64,000 nt of DNA from Candidatus Gugararchaeum adminiculabundum. GTDB lineage: Archaea; Micrarchaeota; Micrarchaeia; Burarchaeales; Gugararchaeaceae. The first letter of the stretch is position 1; each line of letters opens with the position of its first letter. Shown here piece by piece: positions 56,145 to 64,000 of this stretch. Both the position numbers and the translations under genes were made by a program. The stretch covers positions 71,970 to 135,969 of the forward strand of contig CABMDC010000012.1 in assembly GCA_902384795.1 (NCBI GenBank), read 5' to 3'. Under the pieces are notes generated by a model, which saw only the letters and a program-made list of their open reading frames with translations, did no database searches and was not told the origin of the DNA.

Positions 56145-56906
56145 ATGCCCATAATATTTTACTCAAAACTGGATCTTGCCGGGACCAATATTGTCAAATT
56201 TCTCAGGGAGAATTTCAGCTTCAAAAATGCGGAAATCGTGGAGCTGGAAAAGGAATCGATCAGGAGCGACGAGATCGTTGCGAAATATGAGAGCGACTTT
56301 TTTGTTTTTGCAAGCAGGCACAAAAGCGAAACAGGCAAACCTTCTTTTACTGTTCATGTGCCTGGGAATTGGGCAAAAGCCGAGGCGGGTGGAAGGGAGA
56401 AAAATGTGAGCTGGAGCTATGGGAGCCTGATGAAGGATGCGCTGCTGGCGCTGGGGAGATTGAATTCCTTGCCAGTGTTTATGGAAGCTGACCACCACGG
56501 GCCGTTCTGCAAATGCCCTGCCATGTTCTTTGAAATCGGAAGCAGCGAAAGGGAGTGGAAGGATGAGAAACTGGGAATGCAGGCGGCCTGGGCGCTGAAT
56601 GAAATTATGGGCGTGAAACCTGGAGCGAGGAAAAAGTACGCGAATGTTTTTGGAGTTGGCGGCGGGCACTATTGCCCTACTTTTACCAGAAGGATGCTGG
56701 ATGAGGAGAATGGGGTGGCTGTGGCGCATGTGCTGCAGAAATATTATGTTGATGAGATAACTCCGGAGATATTCGGCCAGGGGATTGAAAGGAGCAGGGA
56801 GAAAATTGAAAGGGTGGAGATAGACTGGAAAGGGCTGACGGCGCCCCAGAGAGAAAAAGTGCAGAGGATGTGCAAAGATTTAAATGTGGAAATTGAACGA
56901 TTATAG
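56145..56906 (+). CDS. dtdA: D-aminoacyl-tRNA deacylase (DTD2)
   Basis: SRHKS, TVHVPGN, EADHHGP, EIGS and GGGHY. Confidence 0.92.
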   Translation: MPIIFYSKLDLAGTNIVKFLRENFSFKNAEIVELEKESIRSDEIVAKYESDFFVFASRHKSETGKPSFTVHVPGNWAKAEAGGREKNVSWSYGSLMKDALLALGRLNSLPVFMEADHHGPFCKCPAMFFEIGSSEREWKDEKLGMQAAWALNEIMGVKPGARKKYANVFGVGGGHYCPTFTRRMLDEENGVAVAHVLQKYYVDEITPEIFGQGIERSREKIERVEIDWKGLTAPQREKVQRMCKDLNVEIERL

Positions 56907-56908
56907 CT

Positions 56909-57745
56909 ATGGAGAATAAGCGGGTAACGATAGTTGGTGCGATAGTTTTCGTAGAACTTCTGTTCCTGGCATTCCTGTTCCTGGGAAAAAAACCCGAATT
57001 TTTGCAGGTGGGGAACATGCTCTCTCCGCTTCTCTCCCTGGCCGCTTTTACTGCAATTTTCAGGGTCTACTCAAAATTCGAAAAGGGCTCGATGCAGAGG
57101 AGAGTGTGGCTCTTTTTGGCGCTGGGAATGCTTTGCTGGTTTATCGGGGAGATGGAATCCCTTTACTACGCCGCCACATCCGCCTCGATTAGGGTCGCCT
57201 CTGTTTTTTCCATTGGAGAAATTGCCTGGCTCGCAGGCTATGTGTTCTTCAGTGCTGCGCTTTTCTTCCAGCTGAGGTATTTCACAGAAGCTGTTTCCAG
57301 AAAAGGAGGGATAGTGGAGGCGGGAGTGAATTCGCTCAAGGAAAGCGGGCCTGCCGCGGCAATTGCAATGGTTGGCTCGCTTTTGATTGCAGTACTGGTG
57401 ATAGGCTTCATGCTTGTGCCCATAAACAACTCTGCCATGATTTTTGAGCAGAAGCTAATGCTGTTTGCCTATTTGCTCGGAGATTTCATACTGATCGTGA
57501 TGTCATTGCTGCTGCTTTCCTTGCTTGTGGGCGGGGAGCTGGAAGCCCCGTTCGGCCTGCTCGCTGGCGCGCTCACCATAGCAGGGCTGACAGATGTGAC
57601 CATAACCACCGCGCTCCTGGCTAATTCGTATATTCCCGGAGGGGCGCTGGATTTCTTCTCCCTATTAGTGTATGTTGCCCTGATGGCAAGCGGCGAGATA
57701 ATGAGGCAGAAGCTGGTTGCCGCTGAAAATAGAAGTGAAAGATGA
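56909..57745 (+). CDS. Multi-pass membrane protein (stand-alone sensor-like domain)
   Basis: About 8 TM segments; RRVWLFLALG...WFIGE and AYLLGD patterns like membrane sensor domains. Confidence 0.65.
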   Translation: MENKRVTIVGAIVFVELLFLAFLFLGKKPEFLQVGNMLSPLLSLAAFTAIFRVYSKFEKGSMQRRVWLFLALGMLCWFIGEMESLYYAATSASIRVASVFSIGEIAWLAGYVFFSAALFFQLRYFTEAVSRKGGIVEAGVNSLKESGPAAAIAMVGSLLIAVLVIGFMLVPINNSAMIFEQKLMLFAYLLGDFILIVMSLLLLSLLVGGELEAPFGLLAGALTIAGLTDVTITTALLANSYIPGGALDFFSLLVYVALMASGEIMRQKLVAAENRSER

Positions 57746-57770
57746 AGCAGATAGATTACATTGTACACTC

Positions 57771-58670
57771 TTACATTGAACGGAGGCGCTTTACTCTTTC
57801 TTCAATCGGAGGATGAGTGCTAAGAAGCCCGGAGAGCATTTTTCCCTTTAGCGGGCTTGCGATGTAGAGCTGGGCAGTGGTGTCATCCGCCCTTTGCAAT
57901 TGGGTCGGGTCTTTTCCTATTTTTTCCAGCGCGCTTGCGAGCCCCTCGGGGTAGCGCGTGAGGCGCGCTCCGTTCGCATCGGCCAGGAATTCCCTTTGGC
58001 GCGAAATTGCGAGCCGGATCAGCTGCGCGATTATGGGCGCGAGAATCATGAAAATTATCCCGATGATCAGGAGAAATCCGCCTCCACCTCCTTCGCCTTT
58101 TCGATTATTGCTGCCCCTGCCCGAATAGAGGAATGAGCGCAGGAAAATGTTGGAGATGATTCCAATGAGCCCGACCATTATCACAGCGTAAAGCGAGACG
58201 CGGATGTCGTAATTCTGGATGTGCGAAATTTCGTGCGCAACCACTCCCTCGAGCTCCTGCCTGCTCATTTTGTCCAAAAGCCCCGTGGTGACCGCCACAT
58301 AGGAATTTTTTGGATCGCGGCCGGTTGCAAAGGCATTGGGAGCAGGGTCCTGGATCACATAGGCTTTCGGGGCGGGGATGCCTGCTGCGATTGCCAGCCC
58401 TTCAACCGTATCCACGTAAAAGACATACTTCCGGTCAGTGGCAGGCTGGGCGCCGGTGAGGGAAAGCAGCATGGACGCGCCCTGAAAATAGACCAGGAGC
58501 GAGTAAAAAATGCCGAAAATGAAAGTGATTTCTATGCCGAACTCGACTGAGCCAAGATAGACCCCGATGAAAAAACCCAGGGAAACCAGAACTAGGAAAA
58601 AAACAAAAAATAAAAGGTAGGTTTTCCTCTTGTTAGACTCTATCTGGTCGTAAAAAGAGGAAAAAGGCAT
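57771..58670 (-). CDS. htpX: Zinc metalloprotease HtpX (M48)
   Basis: PNAFATG, HEISH, SRQREFLAD and THPP. Confidence 0.95.
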   Translation of the reverse strand: MPFSSFYDQIESNKRKTYLLFFVFFLVLVSLGFFIGVYLGSVEFGIEITFIFGIFYSLLVYFQGASMLLSLTGAQPATDRKYVFYVDTVEGLAIAAGIPAPKAYVIQDPAPNAFATGRDPKNSYVAVTTGLLDKMSRQELEGVVAHEISHIQNYDIRVSLYAVIMVGLIGIISNIFLRSFLYSGRGSNNRKGEGGGGGFLLIIGIIFMILAPIIAQLIRLAISRQREFLADANGARLTRYPEGLASALEKIGKDPTQLQRADDTTAQLYIASPLKGKMLSGLLSTHPPIEERVKRLRSM

Positions 58671-58696
58671 GTGAAGTCCACTCCATCCGTATTAGA

Positions 58697-59251
58697 TTAG
58701 AAGGATACTTTCACTGCCTCTCTTGCCGCTTCCTCAATCTTGAAGTACTCCCTTGCTATGAAGCCAAAGCTTCCTGCAATCAGGCTTCCTGGGAACAGCT
58801 GAATCTTGGTGTTGTATTCCATCACGCTGTCATTGTAGAACTGGCGCGAATAGGCGATTTTGTTCTCTGTTCCAGTAAGCTCGTCCTGCAATGCCTTGAA
58901 GTTCTCATTGGCCTTCAGCTGCGGGTATGCTTCTGCAACTGCGAACAGGCTTTTGAGCGCGCCCGTGAGCATGTTGTTGGCATCTGCTTTTGCAGCAGGG
59001 CCCTGCGCGGTCATCAGTGCCGAGCGGGCTTTGGTCACATTCTCGAAAACGTCCTTTTCGTGTTTTGCATAGCCCTTTACAGTGGCAACCAGGTTGGGTA
59101 TCAAATCATACCTCCTCTTGAGCTGCACGTCAATCTGCGACCAGGCGCCGTCTATGCGCGTGCGCAAAGTGACCAGGCTGTTGAAAATCATTATTATCCA
59201 GATTATCACTAGCGCGAGTACTCCGATTATGCCTATTAATATTGCATCCAT
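58697..59251 (-). CDS. lemA: LemA family protein
   Basis: [26 protein letters not shown] and RQFYN. Confidence 0.96.
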   Translation of the reverse strand: MDAILIGIIGVLALVIIWIIMIFNSLVTLRTRIDGAWSQIDVQLKRRYDLIPNLVATVKGYAKHEKDVFENVTKARSALMTAQGPAAKADANNMLTGALKSLFAVAEAYPQLKANENFKALQDELTGTENKIAYSRQFYNDSVMEYNTKIQLFPGSLIAGSFGFIAREYFKIEEAAREAVKVSF

Positions 59252-59323
59252 TACCTCACCTCTTGAGGGTACCTTATGTAAAAACCATGCTTAAAAGAGT
59301 ATTCCTTTTTGTTCGGGTTGCAA

Positions 59324-59408
59324 AGGCGACGCCGCCATTAGGCGGTTGCTGCCTCGAGGCAGCAACCCGCGCCACGGGGCGCGGGCTCGAGCCGCCGGCG
59401 CGTCGCCT
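59324..59408. other. GC-rich multi-hairpin intergenic element, copy 2
   Basis: Outer stem AGGCGACGC/GCGTCGCCT enclosing three hairpins; same architecture as 36910-36996. Confidence 0.65.
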
Positions 59409-59469
59409 GGCTATGGACTCGGAGCCGCTGCGCGCCACTCGCCTGGGAGGGTTGCGGGTGAAGAAACTT

Positions 59470-60687
59470 TTAGAAATCGCTCAAGCGGGACTGGCGCAAA
59501 ATTTCGCTCTTTTTCGTGTATTTCGAGAGAGGGACGCGCAGCCTTGTCTGTAAATATTCAAGAACAGCTGGAAGTGTGGAGAACTTCTTTGGAGTGGATG
59601 CGAGCGCATGGCGCGCGTTTTCGCGCACTTCCCAAACCCCCACCGGAACTATGTATCCCTCGTAAATTTCGCGGAAAACCAATGCGCGCGCCTGCTTTCC
59701 CCTTCTGTTTAGGTGTTCGCTGACCGCGAGGCGGGAAGCGTAGTAGCCGCCTGCCTGGTTTGAGTAATCTTTCTTTCCTGTGAATGGCTCATGGTCTTCG
59801 GTCACCTGGAAATTGGGAGCACCGAAAGCCCAGAGCGTGCCTGGAGCCCAGGCCTCGAATTGCTCGAATTCCCATTTGCCAGGCATCAGGAGAATTTCGA
59901 AATGATTGTGCAGGAACTCGGCAGTATAGACTTCGAAGTCTGAAATTTCCGGTGATTCTCTGATTTTGGGAAGCAGCTGCTTGGAAACTATGTCATCGGT
60001 GGCCGTGATGCTCCATCTTGTCGGGACTAATTTCTTGTTTTTCTGCTTTCCTAAAATTCCTGTTGACATGATTTTTGTCAAATAATAAACATCATGGCCA
60101 TGGGAATAGAGCTCATCAATCGCCTGGGTTGCGAGCAAATTTTCTTCGAGAATTTCATCAACCCTTTTGGGAATCACCGGATTGTCGCACACCTTGAAAT
60201 TCTTGAGCATGCCGTCGGGCCCCAGGGGCGCGGTTACGGGCGAAAATTTTAGCTGGAATTTCGGCTTGTTCTTGAACTCCACTTCCACATCGATGTTTTT
60301 TGTGGAGAGAACTGTTTCCTGGGTTTTTTCCAGAAGAGGGTCGCTGGATTTATCGCGCGGGGCAAAGATGCCTGAGACTTTTTTTGAGCGCAGCATGCTG
60401 GAGGTGAAATTGATTATGTCATTGTAGGATGCCTTGCCATACCATTCAACTGGCGAATCGTTCGCCTTCTTGTCCTCGGAAATCGAGACCATGGGGCCAT
60501 AGTAAACATTGGGGTAGCCGTAGGAGCCAACAAAGGCATTCGGAGGCGTGGGGCCGAAAACGACTTCCTTTGCGTTCAGCTGGCGCGGAAGCTGGTTGTT
60601 CAATTTGTCCAGTATGGGACAGGAGGCCAGGCCGCAGGCGCGCTTGGTGCCTTTGCAGGTTACGCATTGTTCGTAAGGGATTTTCAC
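59470..60687 (-). CDS. nreA: Nre-family DNA repair protein
   Basis: N-terminal Cys cluster CVTCKG...CG...CP, FVGSYGYP, LVPTRWSITATD, GVWEVRE and C-terminal PIP box QSRLSDF. Confidence 0.93.
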   Translation of the reverse strand: MKIPYEQCVTCKGTKRACGLASCPILDKLNNQLPRQLNAKEVVFGPTPPNAFVGSYGYPNVYYGPMVSISEDKKANDSPVEWYGKASYNDIINFTSSMLRSKKVSGIFAPRDKSSDPLLEKTQETVLSTKNIDVEVEFKNKPKFQLKFSPVTAPLGPDGMLKNFKVCDNPVIPKRVDEILEENLLATQAIDELYSHGHDVYYLTKIMSTGILGKQKNKKLVPTRWSITATDDIVSKQLLPKIRESPEISDFEVYTAEFLHNHFEILLMPGKWEFEQFEAWAPGTLWAFGAPNFQVTEDHEPFTGKKDYSNQAGGYYASRLAVSEHLNRRGKQARALVFREIYEGYIVPVGVWEVRENARHALASTPKKFSTLPAVLEYLQTRLRVPLSKYTKKSEILRQSRLSDF

Positions 60688-60745
60688 AAGAAAAGATTGG
60701 TGAAAATAGAATAAAAAGGATAGGAGGCGCGGGTGCCGGTGAAAT

Positions 60746-61501
60746 CTACCTTGGCTTTAGGGAAGCGGATTCCCACATCACTTCAAAATAGGAATTGAAT
60801 GCTTTCGCTGCACTCTTGCTTTTGATTACGAACATTGTGAATTCATCGCCTAGGCTGATTACCACTTTGTCATTATAGATGAGAAAAACCGCGGGCGTAA
60901 AAATGTCCTTTGGCATGAACCTTATTTCAACCGGCGAATAGCTGGAAAGCCCTTTCGCTGTTTCTATTGCGCCACTATTGATGAGTATCTTCGCCTTTAC
61001 TCCCTTTTCCGAGCGGTTCTTGTGGAACAGCTGCACCGCTCGCAGGAACTGCTTTCCGAACTCGTAAATTCCCATGATGTGGACTTCCTCTCCTTTTTTG
61101 AGCTCTTCGACTATGCCTGAAAAGGGGGTTTTGACGCCTCTTGCTCCGGTGAAAAGGGACGCCTCTTTTTCCTCTGCGGCCTGCTTTTCCAGGGAGAGAA
61201 GCGAGGGCAGAATCTTCACCACTGATGCTTCCTCTTCTTCCACGCGCTTTTTCTTCTCCCTGAGATATTCGAGAATCATGCTGGGCGAAGCTGCCTTGTA
61301 GTGCTTCAGGCCGCCCTTGAGAAAGGAGCTTGCGAGCCCCTTGTTTGCGAGCTTTTCCAGCACCTCGTAAATTTTCGAGTCGGCTGTTTTTGAACTGGTG
61401 ATGATTGGACCGGTTGTTGAAGGGCCTAGCTCAAGTAGTGCCAAATACACTTTGATTTCTGATTTGGTGAGCCCGATTTCCTCGAGCGCCTTTTCTTCCA
61501 T
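60746..61501 (-). CDS. TrmB-family transcriptional regulator
   Basis: GLTKSEIKVYLALL...IYEVLEKLANKGL; C-terminal IYNDKV...YFEVMW. Confidence 0.9.
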   Translation of the reverse strand: MEEKALEEIGLTKSEIKVYLALLELGPSTTGPIITSSKTADSKIYEVLEKLANKGLASSFLKGGLKHYKAASPSMILEYLREKKKRVEEEEASVVKILPSLLSLEKQAAEEKEASLFTGARGVKTPFSGIVEELKKGEEVHIMGIYEFGKQFLRAVQLFHKNRSEKGVKAKILINSGAIETAKGLSSYSPVEIRFMPKDIFTPAVFLIYNDKVVISLGDEFTMFVIKSKSAAKAFNSYFEVMWESASLKPR

Positions 61502-61610
61502 AAATGTGTTTCTCCTCTGAAGCTCTTAAAGCTTTCTTTTACCCCTACCTAGGGAGGGGGCAGTTAATAAGTATCACATATTGCCATAATAAATAACAGG
61601 GGTGATTGGT

Positions 61611-62357
61611 ATGGTTGAAACTGTAAACGTCAAAATAGGTGGAGCGGCGGGTAGTGCTAAGACTGTAAAAGTCACACCTGTTGCCGGGCTGACTCCGTTT
61701 GAAGCACTCGTACGTGGGAACGCGCGCGGCGAGCGGATAGCCGATCATGCCTTTTTCAACAAAATGCTTCGCGGAAAGGATAAACGAGAAAACTTCGTTC
61801 GATTGCCGGGAGGGTTAAGCACCAGAAGCGGATGGTTTGAAGGTGAATACTTAGTAGTCGGAGGCAAGGGCAAGCCTGTAGGTAAAGGCGTGGAGACCCA
61901 ACACGTTTACAAGGGGCACGTAATTACCCTGCTCTATCAAACTCCGCCGGAATACCGGGATGCTATTGACACAGTGCTCGCATGCACGCACGGTTTTTTG
62001 CCAGACGGCACGCCAACCATTCAGATACTTGACAACAAGGGCAACCCCGTACTTGGCATGGACGACGCAACGGAAAGAATGTCAGTGAAGCTGAACGGGC
62101 AAATTTACACAGTAAAAGTCAAACGGAGAGGTTTGGGTACAGACTGGGATGCAGAAGGAGATGAAAAAACATATATAACGCTTGGCTATCGTGCTGATCA
62201 CGGTCTTCTGGGCCATGGCTACACCAACGGAGAGGAGTTCCACTTGATCTACTCACTCTTCAGCTCGTTTTACAGATCCGGGCTGTATATCGCCCGCGAC
62301 CAGGATGCGACAAAGGATTCCGGGAAAGTTAGCGGAAGCGAGGAGAAAAAATCGTGA
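61611..62357 (+). CDS. Hypothetical protein resembling DPANN DGR-target-like proteins
   Basis: GGGGTGA RBS; C-terminal GLLGHG-x-GLYI segment rich in NNC codons. Confidence 0.6.
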   Translation: MVETVNVKIGGAAGSAKTVKVTPVAGLTPFEALVRGNARGERIADHAFFNKMLRGKDKRENFVRLPGGLSTRSGWFEGEYLVVGGKGKPVGKGVETQHVYKGHVITLLYQTPPEYRDAIDTVLACTHGFLPDGTPTIQILDNKGNPVLGMDDATERMSVKLNGQIYTVKVKRRGLGTDWDAEGDEKTYITLGYRADHGLLGHGYTNGEEFHLIYSLFSSFYRSGLYIARDQDATKDSGKVSGSEEKKS

Positions 62358-62364
62358 GGTGATT
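62340..62364 (+). repeat. 25-bp exact direct repeat, copy 1
   Basis: GAGGAGAAAAAATCGTGAGGTGATT, identical to 63156-63180. Confidence 0.92.
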
Positions 62365-62367
62365 GGT

Positions 62368-63156
62368 ATGATGAAAAAAATAACCTGTGAAATAGTGAGG
62401 AGTGCAGCGGTTGAAGCTGCTAACGGCAGTGCAAAGACTAAGCCTTTGGCTGAATTCTTTGAAAAAATGTCACACAGCACCTTGAGATTGGAAGAGTCAT
62501 TGAGATTGGGAGGATCATTGGGAAGAAAAATAGCGGATCTGACCAAAGAGGAAAGAACCGCCCTTCTGGACTCGTTCCTAGTGTCCATGAAAGACAAGAT
62601 GGGAAGCGGCGAGGAAAGCGAACTTCCTGGCAAAATCAAGCGCCTGGTAGACGTAGCTGACCATCCCGATGTGTTCAAGTATGCTCGCACTGGATGTTAC
62701 CTGCCCAGTAATTATAATGCGTACTGGGCCGTGCAGGAAGGTCTGGTTGAAGTGGCAACTTCGCTGGGTACAGTGAGTGCAGTGGAGGGGACGGTGGACC
62801 TGCTTTTGGCAGTTTCATCTCTCTATGGAAAAATCACCTCTCCATCTGAAAAACTCTTCACTGAAACAGCTTCGGGAGTCTGCAAGGTGCTTTGCAAATC
62901 CAGAGACGAGAAGCTCCTGGCGGTGATGGCTGAAAAAATTCGGGAGTTAGTCTCCATGCGCGAGTTTGAAATAGCGCTAAGTTTTGTGAAGGCATTGGGA
63001 GCCATAGGCGGTAGAAAGAAGGCTGAGGGAGTCGGAAAGTCTGTGCGCGACCTTTGCGAGTTTGTCGACAGGGGACTGAGAACCTACCATGGCGGAGATG
63101 ATTTGCCGATATGGATCCGGAACTGGTGCGAAAAGGAACTGGATGAGGGACGGTAG
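62368..63156 (+). CDS. Hypothetical protein flanked by 25-bp direct repeats
   Basis: ATG follows the GAGGTGA RBS contained in the repeat. Confidence 0.7.
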   Translation: MMKKITCEIVRSAAVEAANGSAKTKPLAEFFEKMSHSTLRLEESLRLGGSLGRKIADLTKEERTALLDSFLVSMKDKMGSGEESELPGKIKRLVDVADHPDVFKYARTGCYLPSNYNAYWAVQEGLVEVATSLGTVSAVEGTVDLLLAVSSLYGKITSPSEKLFTETASGVCKVLCKSRDEKLLAVMAEKIRELVSMREFEIALSFVKALGAIGGRKKAEGVGKSVRDLCEFVDRGLRTYHGGDDLPIWIRNWCEKELDEGR

Positions 63157-63180
63157 AGGAGAAAAAATCGTGAGGTGATT
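63156..63180 (+). repeat. 25-bp exact direct repeat, copy 2
   Basis: Identical to 62340-62364. Confidence 0.92.
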
Positions 63181-63229
63181 TGAATGACGATGAAACAAAA
63201 GGCACCAACGAAAGGGAAGGGGATTGCGC

Positions 63230-64000
63230 CTACTTTAGCATAGTAGAATAGGCAAAACCCGTGGTTTTTCCGTCTGTGTCAAACTGCCAGCTCGAGTCGC
63301 CGTTAAAGGCCGCGATGAACACGTCGCGCTTTTGTGCCGAAGCGCGGAGTTCAAGGGCAGACCGGGGGGCGAGCATGCAGTGATAATAGAAGAACGGGCT
63401 CCGCGTCCTGAATGGGACCTGATAGCTAAGGGGGAACTCACTGGGATTGGCGTGGATTCCGCCGGCATCCATGGAGAAGGCTATGTTCCAGCGGTCAATG
63501 GTTTCTTGTTTTAATGTGCCAATGGGCAGTCCCTTATTGTCAAAGAATTTCTTGAGCCTGTCCCACGCCGTGTTAATGCGCTCTTGCCTTTTGTGGCCTC
63601 CCCTTGGCCCATATTTTGCCTTGTCTGCGGCCAGGAAAAGATTTTTTACCAGCACCTCATTTGGCTGGAGATCGGGCCCGAATAAATCGCTCATCTTTTG
63701 CTCGTCCCTCAAATCCGGTGATAGATAGGCGAGCAGGGATGAGAAGAACGGCTGGGAGATGAATTCGTATTCAAGGAGAACATTGTAGATCATGGAAATC
63801 TTTTTTTCCTTGGGAGTCACATTCTCGGGGACTTTTGGATGCTTGTATTTTTCAAAAGTGTCTGGCTTGAAAGCGCGCACTATATCCTCCAGCGCCCGGG
63901 GGGCCACAATGGTGCGCAGGAAAATCCTTCGCGCTGCATTTTCGCGCACTTTCCAGTCCCAGGAGTTCAGGTCGATCATGTCCTGGGGGAGAATTCTTAC
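63230..64000 (-). CDS. Hypothetical protein (probably 5' partial)
   Basis: Frame is open to the window end; HEAT-like WKVRENAARRI. Confidence 0.6.
   Translation of the reverse strand, partial: VRILPQDMIDLNSWDWKVRENAARRIFLRTIVAPRALEDIVRAFKPDTFEKYKHPKVPENVTPKEKKISMIYNVLLEYEFISQPFFSSLLAYLSPDLRDEQKMSDLFGPDLQPNEVLVKNLFLAADKAKYGPRGGHKRQERINTAWDRLKKFFDNKGLPIGTLKQETIDRWNIAFSMDAGGIHANPSEFPLSYQVPFRTRSPFFYYHCMLAPRSALELRASAQKRDVFIAAFNGDSSWQFDTDGKTTGFAYSTMLK

Noticed and set aside
59242-59723. Plus-strand ORFs over the lemA-nreA spacer
   Set aside because: GC-rich palindromes and the antisense of nreA explain the open frames.
1-64000. CRISPR array or cas genes
   Set aside because: No run of equal-length repeats with unique spacers; the only tandem repeats are protein-coding within the giant gene.

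Overview
Gene-dense 64-kb window from an archaeal chromosome (HMf-type histone, RadA, RPA, Lhr, Nre, DTD2, DRG GTPase, archaeal RNase P RNA, TATA-box promoters). Gene style and the many conserved hypotheticals suggest a DPANN archaeon, probably Ca. Micrarchaeota (inference). Housekeeping and metabolic genes: tldD, rnz, acetate-CoA ligase, corA, proC, glyA, msrBA, iorAB, a Re-citrate-synthase-like enzyme, htpX/lemA, vapBC and two tRNA-Val. Most notable unexplained signals: (1) a 3237-aa secreted, membrane-anchored protein with about 15 knottin/conotoxin-framework repeats and about 15 copies of a second Cys repeat, sharing a C-terminal anchor module with its neighbour and lying next to an orphan, divergent secretion ATPase; (2) two families of dispersed intergenic structured elements, each in two copies with conserved stems and variable loops; (3) two tRNA-Val genes with C55 in place of the near-universal U55, plus A15:U48; (4) two peptidoglycan-hydrolase-like genes (SLT-like and M23); (5) a DGR-target-like gene followed by a gene bounded by exact 25-bp direct repeats. 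All calls are from reading the sequence by eye; no database searches were run.
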